DNA from: a virus
Virus record (IMG/VR): IMGVR_UViG_3300028844_005639
Reading direction: 5' to 3' (one strand)
Length of the DNA stretch: 64,000 bases
How positions within the stretch are numbered: position 1 is the first letter of the stretch; each line of letters opens with the position of its first letter. Positions 53,195 to 60,412 of this stretch are shown here, in pieces. The position numbers and the translations under genes are program-made. The notes under the pieces were generated by a model. It saw only the letters and a list, made by a program, of their open reading frames with translations, was not told the DNA's origin and did not search any database.

Positions 53195-53661
53195 GATACA
53201 TGGGAGGTTTTGATTCTTGTAACACCTAACTTACGGTAATGATTTAAAAGACGAATCAATAAGCGATAACCAGGAACTGCATGACCTGTTTCAATAGCAG
53301 ACAATGCAGAAGGAGTGATGTCGACTTCTTTGGCCACATCAGTAGCAGATAAATCAGTCTTTTTTCGAAGCACACGTAGATCTGCTCCACTTGGTACCAC
53401 AGGTACTATGATTTCTACAATTTTCTTTGAGTTTTGTAGGTCTTTGACTTGTCCTTTTAACACAATCACAGTGTTTAAAAGCTCTCTATTTTTTACTTCA
53501 AGCTTTTTTTGTACTCTTTCAAGGTCCTGAATGTCAGTCTTAAGAGCGGCGATTTTACTTTTATCCACTCCATCCTGTTCTAAAACTGTTCCGGAATCAC
53601 GTAGTTTTCTGAGTTCGTTGTTGAGATCAGTAAGAGTGTCAATTTCGATTTCTATTTTCAT
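53191..53661 (-). CDS. XRE-family helix-turn-helix protein with an N-terminal coiled coil
   Basis: LRVLRKKTDLSATDVAKEVDITPSALSAIETGHAVPGYRLLIRLLNHY. Start chosen at MKIEIEID (ATG 53661). The track extension to 53742 runs through a tandem repeat. Confidence 0.65.
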   Translation of the reverse strand: MKIEIEIDTLTDLNNELRKLRDSGTVLEQDGVDKSKIAALKTDIQDLERVQKKLEVKNRELLNTVIVLKGQVKDLQNSKKIVEIIVPVVPSGADLRVLRKKTDLSATDVAKEVDITPSALSAIETGHAVPGYRLLIRLLNHYRKLGVTRIKTSHVS

Positions 53662-53674
53662 TACGATTAGTTTA

Positions 53675-53700
53675 GGTGGGTGAATAAGGTGGGTGAATAA
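53675..53700. repeat. perfect tandem duplication of a 13-mer (GGTGGGTGAATAA x2) directly upstream of the XRE-HTH gene
   Basis: nt 53675-53687 and 53688-53700 are identical. Confidence 0.9.
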
Positions 53701-53955
53701 AAGAGAGAGACTATCCCCGTAACCATGGATGCGTCTCCCCAATCAAGACATTCCTATCTTGATCTATACTGTTTGTGCGTGAAAGGCGGTTGTTTACCGG
53801 GAATTCCTTACACAAGTTTATAGCGGTTTAGTTACACGTAAGTTACGACCAACTAAACTCTTGTTGGTGTACGCGTGAGACCATCTACCTCAATGGATAG
53901 ACATTATAGATGACCAGCTGTATCTCTAGGCTAATCAAATAGGCATGCTTTATTT

Positions 53956-54240
53956 TCAATATTGTGTGCATTCAGTACATAGTTCAACATACATGTCTTT
54001 GTAACATGATTTGTCAAAATTACTGTTTTCTGTAACGCTGTTAAGGTACATTTCAATCATAAATGCTTTTTCAAGCTCGGTAGCAACATGGTCTAACGGC
54101 CATCTGCTATGTGATGATTTCTCTGTACTACCATCAGTCCATTCAATACAAGTTTGAGTGTAATAGATGCGATAGATGTATTGTTCTTTTTCACAAGCTG
54201 TGCTTAAGAGTAAGATTAAGGATAAGATGAATAGTTTCAT
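53956..54240 (-). CDS. predicted lipoprotein (94 aa)
   Basis: MKLFILSLILLLSTAC is a signal peptide with a lipobox. Confidence 0.6.
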   Translation of the reverse strand: MKLFILSLILLLSTACEKEQYIYRIYYTQTCIEWTDGSTEKSSHSRWPLDHVATELEKAFMIEMYLNSVTENSNFDKSCYKDMYVELCTECTQY

Positions 54241-54512
54241 GATGCTTGTTGTGAATAAATGAGTTAAATCATCACTATCTACAGTGCAGTCACAACCTCT
54301 CGGTGCGCCTAGGTCAGCCTCCTCTGCATGGATAGTTTTACGTAGCGAATTACGATGCTCAATTATTGTTGTTTTAGTAGAGAGTGATGATTACAATTTT
54401 AACTTTTTTCTAAAATAACGCTATGTATTAGCGAATGAGATGTAGAATGTGCTTTGATAAAAGTGGTGAAAAGAGGGGAAATGTTCCACCAAGCCACTCA
54501 CTTACGTGCGCA

Positions 54513-54541
54513 CAAAACTAAATGAAAGCCTCTCATAGCAA
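54513..54541 (-). promoter_or_regulatory. Bacteroidota-type promoter TTG-N18-TAGTTTTG
   Basis: Plus-strand CAAAACTA at 54513-54520 gives minus-strand TAGTTTTG. Minus-strand TTG is at 54541-54539. It points toward the lipoprotein gene at 54240. Confidence 0.4.
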
Positions 54542-54646
54542 GGGAAAGCGCATATCGGTTGCTTTCGAAGGAAAGGATGTAAGTAACCATGCATGAATGC
54601 AGCAAAGAGGATGTATGAAGGTATGTATGCGTATGCGAGAGAGCCT

Positions 54647-54694
54647 CTCTGTTTGGCCTGTGTAAAGGTATCGTCCTCGACAGACCAAACAGAG
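54647..54694. other. long hairpin (15-bp stem with one C.A mismatch, 18-nt loop)
   Basis: CTCTGTTTGGCCTGT (54647-54661) pairs with ACAGACCAAACAGAG (54680-54694). It lies 28 nt downstream of the stop of the 54722-54967 gene and has no U tract. Confidence 0.7.
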
Positions 54695-54721
54695 AAGCCA
54701 CCTTGCGGTGACCTCTAGCAA

Positions 54722-54967
54722 CTATGGAAGAGCCAACCAGGTTGACTTCTGTGGCTTCCCGTCATCGTCTAACCACTCGTTGGTGGTCTCGACAAGTCCG
54801 TGTTCAGCAATAGGTTCAGTGATGTCGTCACCAACCTTCAGAGTCTTGGCAACCTCGTTGGAAACTCGGCAAAAGACTATTTGAGTAGCCCAGCCTGATG
54901 TTCCTTTCTCGATGGTAAGTGTTTTAGAATCGTCTTTTCTATTCGCAATTTTCGTAATAATAAGCAT
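54722..54967 (-). CDS. hypothetical protein (81 aa), first gene of the minus-strand block
   Basis: ORF adjacent to the divergent control region. Confidence 0.55.
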   Translation of the reverse strand: MLIITKIANRKDDSKTLTIEKGTSGWATQIVFCRVSNEVAKTLKVGDDITEPIAEHGLVETTNEWLDDDGKPQKSTWLALP

Positions 54968-55380
54968 GTCAATTTCGTTTTTAGTTAGACATAAGGGGGA
55001 TACCGAATCCGCCCAAAAATCCGCGGGGGGTTTTGGTTAGGTGGTCTCCACTACAACACACGCTAGCTTTGAAAAAAAATATTGAAAAAAAATTTTAGGA
55101 TTTTTCTAAGAGGTAGGGGGGGGGTAAATTATTAGTGTCCAGAGTTAGTGCGGGTTTAAAACTTAGGATCCACCTAGGTTATACGTACAGGAGTGCGGCT
55201 TTAGTGTAGCTTTGTGGAAAAGGGAAATGGTAGTATAGGGAGTTTCCGCTTTCCAGTATAGGGTAGTAAATAGAGTAGAAGTATCTACTATAGGTTTTTC
55301 ACGTACCTTTTTGCCTTCGAAAGGCCAGTGTTTGTCGTGTAAGTGATTGATAACCAGTAAACACTAATTCTCATACCGTG

Positions 55381-55468
55381 TGAATAGTATTATCACCAGC
55401 TATGAGAATAGTGTTATCACCCAGGATGATAATAGTATTATCACAGCTTGTGAGAATAGTGCTAAATC
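55381..55468. repeat. four phased direct repeats (iteron-like), period exactly 24 bp
   Basis: The core AATAGT starts at 55383, 55407, 55431 and 55455. Units are TGAATAGTATTATCAC, GAGAATAGTGTTATCAC, GATAATAGTATTATCAC and GAGAATAGTGCT (the last is degenerate). Confidence 0.85.
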
Positions 55469-55541
55469 GGCCCTGTAAAAAAGTCTTACCCTCAGCGACT
55501 TAGAGAAAAAATACTTGATCCGAGAAAATAATTATCATTTA

Positions 55542-55574
55542 TTGATAATAGTTTGGATAGTATTCGTACATTTG
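55542..55574 (+). promoter_or_regulatory. Bacteroidota-type promoter for the plus-strand block (-7 box TACATTTG)
   Basis: TACATTTG at 55567-55574 lies 20 nt upstream of the ATG at 55594. The -33 element is weak (TTG at 55542 or TTTG at 55552, both at non-ideal spacing). Confidence 0.4.
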
Positions 55575-55593
55575 TCCACAAGAAAATCAAGAT

Positions 55594-55779
55594 ATGGCAC
55601 CAGACAACCACGAAATAATGAAGACCGCAGATGGTAGAACCATCCCGGTCAGGAAACGACCAGTAGCTGACAAGCAGACGTATGACGTTGTCCAATTAGT
55701 TAAGACTCTAATCCAAGCTTTACCCAACGATGAGGATCTTGGGAAAGCCGTAAGGAAGTTATTTAATCCAGAACAATAG
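55594..55779 (+). CDS. hypothetical protein (61 aa)
   Basis: First ORF after the promoter. Confidence 0.55.
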   Translation: MAPDNHEIMKTADGRTIPVRKRPVADKQTYDVVQLVKTLIQALPNDEDLGKAVRKLFNPEQ

Positions 55780-55794
55780 TATCCGGGCTTTATA

Positions 55795-55998
55795 ATGGCA
55801 GAGCAGGAGAATAAAGTATCATCAGAAGATACACCTGGTTGGGGAGACCAACTAGAAAAAGCCTTTAATAAGACTGGAGTTACCCGTGCAGTGAATAAGA
55901 TCACTAAGGGGAAAGACTGTGGTTGTAAGAAAAGGAAGAAGCAAGTAAATAACGCGGAGAAGAAGATAAAACGATTCCTCTCCAATAAATCTAAGTAA
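55795..55998 (+). CDS. hypothetical basic protein (67 aa)
   Basis: ORF with a Lys-rich C-terminus and a CGCKKRKK stretch. Confidence 0.55.
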   Translation: MAEQENKVSSEDTPGWGDQLEKAFNKTGVTRAVNKITKGKDCGCKKRKKQVNNAEKKIKRFLSNKSK

Positions 55999-56307
55999 AT
56001 GAATGAACTAATTAATCCAAAAGGTTCAAGGAAGGAAGACCACCCTCAAGATAGATTTCAATTCGAAGACCCGAATGAACTTCAGATATGGTATGACTCT
56101 ACCTTAAAGTTAGCGCCTATACATTACAGTAAGGAGGTTAATACGGATTCGATGCTCGAGACCCCAGAAAATTATTTGGACGAGGCTATGGCTGATGCTG
56201 ATAGGATTGTAATTGAGGTTCGGGAGAGAATGGATACGTTGAGGAAAGAGGCAGCATCTCGTAGAAGTACGGGAGGAAGTTCCTTTTACCTGGCGAATCA
56301 GTACTAG
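55999..56307 (+). CDS. hypothetical protein (102 aa)
   Basis: The ATG immediately follows the previous stop. Confidence 0.6.
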   Translation: MNELINPKGSRKEDHPQDRFQFEDPNELQIWYDSTLKLAPIHYSKEVNTDSMLETPENYLDEAMADADRIVIEVRERMDTLRKEAASRRSTGGSSFYLANQY

Positions 56308-56325
56308 TCACTTTCACCACTATGG

Positions 56326-56619
56326 ATGAGAAAACGCTGGATAAAGATACGTATGAATCGGAAGTATAGCATATTAAGCCTTCTAGATGATGACTTAGGT
56401 AAAGCCTTACAAATTATCCTTGACCAAACAGATCAGCACACGTATAAGTGGCAATCAACCAAGGAAAACCGTCAGGCCATGGCTAGGCAAATGGACAAGT
56501 CTCCGGCTACAGTTTCTCGCTATATCGATAGACTGAAAGCTAAAGATATCCTAATAACTTTTGAAGAGTACCAGAGAGGTACATACATGATAAACCGACA
56601 ATTGATAAATTTTGCATAA
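56326..56619 (+). CDS. winged-helix DNA-binding protein (MarR/Rrf2-like) candidate
   Basis: RQAMARQMDKSPATVSRYIDRLKAKDILITFEEYQRGTYMINRQLI. The start may be Met10 (56353). Confidence 0.55.
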   Translation: MRKRWIKIRMNRKYSILSLLDDDLGKALQIILDQTDQHTYKWQSTKENRQAMARQMDKSPATVSRYIDRLKAKDILITFEEYQRGTYMINRQLINFA

Positions 56620-56795
56620 TGGCTATCAACACTAAAACAGATGTTTACAGAGTCAGCCAAAGTGTGTGTTTGTCGTCGGACGTGCACAAAGTGTACATTA
56701 CTAAGAAGCAAGCCTGTAAGCTTATAGGCACGCTACTAATTCTAATCTTCACGCCTTTAAAGAAGGGAAGTGGAAACCATAAATTTAAGATATGA
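56619..56795 (+). CDS. small hypothetical protein (58 aa), below the ORF-track size cutoff
   Basis: TAATG junction with the previous gene and ATGA junction with the next. Translation MAINTKTDVYRVSQSVCLSSDVHKVYITKKQACKLIGTLLILIFTPLKKGSGNHKFKI, with one hydrophobic segment. Confidence 0.45.
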   Translation: MAINTKTDVYRVSQSVCLSSDVHKVYITKKQACKLIGTLLILIFTPLKKGSGNHKFKI

Positions 56796-57541
56796 GTGAT
56801 ACTCAGAATAAAGAACGTGATGAGCACGAAGCTCCGCGACCAGCAAGACGCGCTAAACCTACTATAAGAGGTAAGCGAAATCAAAACCCTAAAAGCACTA
56901 TGCGTCAAGAGTTGTTCCAGGGCTTGAATATGTTGACTAACCAGCTAATGCAGGTACAGCGACAAGTACAAACTCAGAATGAAGCTTTAGGTAAACTAGG
57001 TCAGTTTGTGGCCGATCGATTCGAAACTTACGTAGATGACCTTCCATTACTTCTAGAGAGTAAGGAGCAACCCTTACAAGAGGCATGTGAGAAAGGTGAT
57101 TACATACACTATTTCGGACCTGTTTGGTACCACGCTAAAGCGGAGCAAGATTACGCTGAGCTTGTAGAGGCCAATAAGGGTAACAAGAAAAAACTTCCAG
57201 AGTTTAGCAAAGCTGACAATTATGTCCGCATCGAGTTCCTACTTGATAAGTGGAACTGGGAGGACTTCGATCAAGACAAAGGAGCGGTTACATTCAGCCA
57301 TCCGGAATTAGGAGAAGAGGTTATCAAGGTGAAAGACCCTGAAAAGACTCAGCCTAATCAGATCTGGGAAATGCTTTACTGGCAACTTATGGGCGAGGAC
57401 GTAGAAGCCAAGCTTAAAGAGCGTGTAGAAGCAGCCCAAAGACGAGAAGATGCTAAAGTCCGTTCCAAGGTTGCAGCAGCTCAAGAACAAATGAAGGAGG
57501 ACAAAAAGAAGTCTAGTAAACTAGAGATAGTTGGACGATAG
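56792..57541 (+). CDS. hypothetical protein (249 aa) with a basic N-terminus
   Basis: Long ORF with no motif recognised. Confidence 0.65.
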   Translation: MSDTQNKERDEHEAPRPARRAKPTIRGKRNQNPKSTMRQELFQGLNMLTNQLMQVQRQVQTQNEALGKLGQFVADRFETYVDDLPLLLESKEQPLQEACEKGDYIHYFGPVWYHAKAEQDYAELVEANKGNKKKLPEFSKADNYVRIEFLLDKWNWEDFDQDKGAVTFSHPELGEEVIKVKDPEKTQPNQIWEMLYWQLMGEDVEAKLKERVEAAQRREDAKVRSKVAAAQEQMKEDKKKSSKLEIVGR

Positions 57542-57726
57542 TGGAATCCATCCTTTCATTCTTACTTACATCATACCTGCTGAAGTTCGGGGATCCATTT
57601 AAGATCCCTGGCTTCACGCCGGATGATTCTCGTACCCTAGATACCTTCCATCACTACGAGTATGGGCCCGTTTTATATTTAGGTAAAAAAAAGTTTGTCA
57701 GTTTGAAGGAGTTTAAGAAAAAGTAG
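57541..57726 (+). CDS. hypothetical protein (61 aa, GTG start)
   Basis: ORF with a non-ATG start. Confidence 0.35.
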   Translation: MESILSFLLTSYLLKFGDPFKIPGFTPDDSRTLDTFHHYEYGPVLYLGKKKFVSLKEFKKK

Positions 57727-57777
57727 TACCTTTGTCTAGGTGCTAGCAACACCTTAGTAGCGGACCTAATAAAAATA

Positions 57778-58296
57778 TTGATGGTAGAAACAATCCGAAA
57801 ACAAGCAGAACCCGTTGGAGCACTGACTCCACACAACGACGTAGTAGAGGGGTACCTAGAGTACCTCTCAAACTACTTCGAACTGTCTGATGTTTCGGAG
57901 GCGTTAATAAAATACGTGTTATCGAATTACCAGTTATTTGAATTTTTTCCCGGAACCAGTGGGGAGTTTTCAAGATTTAATGAATCCGTAAATGGTAAAT
58001 ATTCGATAAGTGGGATCAAGAAAGCATTCTATGCCCTTGTTTCTCAGGGATGCTTTCAGCGAGCGGCTCGAGGGCTGTACGTTCTGAATGCATCCCTGTT
58101 CCCCACTTATACTGCCCATACGAACGTAATGTACGTCGTACAAAAAATCATGCCTACCAAGCATACAATGAAAACGATGGCGATGAATCCGGTAGAGGAA
58201 GGCCGTGGAGGATCACATATTGTGGTCCTCTCCGACTCTACCTATCAAGTCATTAAAAAAGACTATCCAGAAGTAACCTCACTTTTTGAATCATGA
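57778..58296 (+). CDS. putative winged-helix DNA-binding protein, paralog of the next gene
   Basis: EGYLEYLSNYFELSDVSEALIKYVLSNY and KKAFYALVSQGCFQRAARGLYVLNASLF. Confidence 0.55.
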   Translation: MMVETIRKQAEPVGALTPHNDVVEGYLEYLSNYFELSDVSEALIKYVLSNYQLFEFFPGTSGEFSRFNESVNGKYSISGIKKAFYALVSQGCFQRAARGLYVLNASLFPTYTAHTNVMYVVQKIMPTKHTMKTMAMNPVEEGRGGSHIVVLSDSTYQVIKKDYPEVTSLFES

Positions 58297-59063
58297 GAAC
58301 AGCATATGTTATAGAAGGGGGCGAGGACCAAGTGTTTAAGGAATACTACAAGTTGCTGAATAACTTCATCGACTTAACACCGGTTGAGATTTCAATAATC
58401 TCACAGCTCGTGTACCATTACTTTCAGACAGAAGGCGCTAAAGAAAAAATTCGTTGGCAGTGGACATTCTCCACAGATACTCGTCAACAAATTCGTGAGA
58501 CCTTAGATATGTCGACGAATAACTTTAACACAAATCTGACAAACTTAAGAAAGAAGATGTTTGATGGAGAACCTGTCATACAAAAAACCGAGGGCTACGA
58601 AAGTATCCACCCGAAGTTAATTATCAAACCTGGAACTCTAAGCGGAGGCCAACAAGGCTTTCAAGTGCTCCTAAACTTCTACATCACTTCGAAGGAAGTA
58701 GTGGAAGAGCAACCTCCAGTAGAATCCGTTGTAGAGGATCCTAAATTAGAAACTCCGGTTCTAGAGGGTAGCTCAGCTGCTGTTGAAGTAAGTGACGCGC
58801 CTGTTAAAGAAAGAATCCAAGAAATCGTAGAAAATGCATATAAAGCAAAAAGAGATGATCAGCAAGGTGGCCAAGAAGTACAACTTGACCTCGACGGAGG
58901 TGGAGAAAATCTGGAAGACCCAGTTCCGCCTTCTAAAAAAAATAATGGCGGACGCCGTCCCGCAAGACGGTCAAAAGACTTACGACCCCAATCGTTTCAT
59001 GATATTGATCCTACCAAAGCTGGGGAGGTTCGTACCAAACCACAGGAAGATACAGGCCATTAA
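58293..59063 (+). CDS. putative DNA-binding protein, paralog of the previous gene, with a disordered acidic/basic tail
   Basis: KEYYKLLNNFIDLTPVEISIISQLVYHY parallels the N-terminus of the previous gene. The last ~75 aa overlap the HU-like ORF in another frame. Confidence 0.55.
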   Translation: MRTAYVIEGGEDQVFKEYYKLLNNFIDLTPVEISIISQLVYHYFQTEGAKEKIRWQWTFSTDTRQQIRETLDMSTNNFNTNLTNLRKKMFDGEPVIQKTEGYESIHPKLIIKPGTLSGGQQGFQVLLNFYITSKEVVEEQPPVESVVEDPKLETPVLEGSSAAVEVSDAPVKERIQEIVENAYKAKRDDQQGGQEVQLDLDGGGENLEDPVPPSKKNNGGRRPARRSKDLRPQSFHDIDPTKAGEVRTKPQEDTGH

Positions 59064-59109
59064 CCAAAGAATTTTAAACCGTGATAAGGATAACACAGGA
59101 TCAGTTTAA
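58834..59109 (+). CDS. HU/IHF-like DNA-binding protein candidate
   Basis: EMISKVAKKYNLTSTEVEKIWKTQFRLLKKIM...ILPKLGRFV follows the HU-family N-terminal helix-helix-strand pattern. Lies wholly or largely inside the 3' part of the previous ORF. Confidence 0.45.
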   Translation: MHIKQKEMISKVAKKYNLTSTEVEKIWKTQFRLLKKIMADAVPQDGQKTYDPNRFMILILPKLGRFVPNHRKIQAINQRILNRDKDNTGSV

Positions 59110-59581
59110 TATTGCCGTAGATTTTTGGGATGCGATTCCGGGGCTTAAGGGTATACCTAGTTTAGAGCCTTATTTAAAGATGAAGCACAGCTCTGCTATT
59201 ATGTGGGGCGCCATACACCACTGTCACCCAGAAAGTCCTTTATACCACTATGTAGGTAAAGAGGACGAGATTAAAATTATGGTGGAGTCTATGGGAGTAA
59301 AGGACTATAACTTTGAAGATTACAAGGATTTAACAGACATCCTTACAGATTTAGCCACTACTGAACTTGAACGCACTATGTCGTTTTATGAAAATAAACT
59401 ACGCGAACGTAGGGAGTTTATAAGCAACATTCCTTATGAGCTATCAACGGCCGATCAGTTAGATAAGATGATGATGAATTCTATTAAAATGTCAGAAGCC
59501 TATTCTAAACTGCAGAAGACTGTACGTGAGGAGGCAGACTTTTCCGCTAAAATGTCGGAATCAGATACCGACGAATTATAA
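59081..59581 (+). CDS. hypothetical protein (166 aa, GTG start); small terminase subunit is possible from position only
   Basis: ORF upstream of the packaging genes. No motif recognised. Confidence 0.5.
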   Translation: MIRITQDQFNIAVDFWDAIPGLKGIPSLEPYLKMKHSSAIMWGAIHHCHPESPLYHYVGKEDEIKIMVESMGVKDYNFEDYKDLTDILTDLATTELERTMSFYENKLRERREFISNIPYELSTADQLDKMMMNSIKMSEAYSKLQKTVREEADFSAKMSESDTDEL

Positions 59582-59585
59582 TATT

Positions 59586-59885
59586 ATGAAAAAGAAATCT
59601 ACTCTTAAGCGACTAACTTTTAAGCACATGTTCCAATGGTTGTGGGTCACTAATAAATGGTGGTACATCGCTGCTCCAGTAAGTATAGTACAGTTTATTC
59701 TGGTACTTATTTTCTTAGATTTTTCGGAGACGGCTTCTTATATTGGCATGGGCATCTCCTTACTATTGTTGGTTTTTATGTGGGCCTCTGGTTTAAACCT
59801 GTACACTAAGAATTACGACTTAGCTAAACTACACCCTTATCACGATCACAGTAAAAGATTCTGGAACATATGGGACTACAGATAA
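59586..59885 (+). CDS. small membrane protein (99 aa, two TM helices)
   Basis: WWYIAAPVSIVQFILVLIFL and YIGMGISLLLLVFMWASGL. Start chosen at MKKKSTLK. Confidence 0.55.
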   Translation: MKKKSTLKRLTFKHMFQWLWVTNKWWYIAAPVSIVQFILVLIFLDFSETASYIGMGISLLLLVFMWASGLNLYTKNYDLAKLHPYHDHSKRFWNIWDYR

Positions 59886-60412
59886 TACCTAAAGGATTTC
59901 ACAATTCTCTAGTGTTGCCAAAAATAGTACGTAACGCAGATAAAATTACCGGCCTACGATCGGTTTTTAAGATCAGTAATGGTTGGTACAGCCCGGACAA
60001 GGAAAACGATACGAATAAAATTTGGGGAGTAACTCACTACCCTAAAGATTACAAAAGAGCCTCTATCCGTTTTGGTTGGAGGCCGATTTCTGGATCCCCA
60101 GGTACCTTAGATCTTGTAGCTTACATGTACGTTGCGGGAGAACGTAGTATCGTATCTATGATGAGCTTTAAATCTGATCAAGCCATGGAGACCGTTATGG
60201 TGTTCAATAAAAATCTAGGAGAAATTTCCTTATATGGAAACCAAGGAAGTAACATCTCCACAGTAACTTTAATCTACGATGTAGCAGCTTTTGATAACTC
60301 AATACTACGTACGCATACTCCATATTTCGGAGGGCAGGCAAAAGCTCCACATACTATTTGTGTGAATGTGTACGACTTTAAAGTCTACGCTAACGATGGT
60401 GACGCCGGATAA
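59870..60412 (+). CDS. hypothetical protein (180 aa)
   Basis: ORF directly upstream of the large terminase. Confidence 0.6.
   Translation: MGLQIIPKGFHNSLVLPKIVRNADKITGLRSVFKISNGWYSPDKENDTNKIWGVTHYPKDYKRASIRFGWRPISGSPGTLDLVAYMYVAGERSIVSMMSFKSDQAMETVMVFNKNLGEISLYGNQGSNISTVTLIYDVAAFDNSILRTHTPYFGGQAKAPHTICVNVYDFKVYANDGDAG

Noticed and set aside
54498-54721. Two overlapping minus-strand track ORFs (67 and 62 aa)
   Set aside because: Both overlap each other and the 15-bp hairpin and promoter. They have His/Cys/Leu/Arg-rich odd composition and no sensible start context. I treat the region as non-coding, with low certainty.
55381-55468. CRISPR-like array
   Set aside because: The repeat units are contiguous with a 24-bp period and no unique spacers. 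There are only four copies, the last degenerate, and there are no cas genes. The pattern fits iterons or operators better.
55492-55985. Minus-strand track ORFs at 55492-55695 and 55587-55985
   Set aside because: They are antisense to the first plus-strand genes and to the promoter region. They have hydrophobic low-complexity translations typical of shadow frames.
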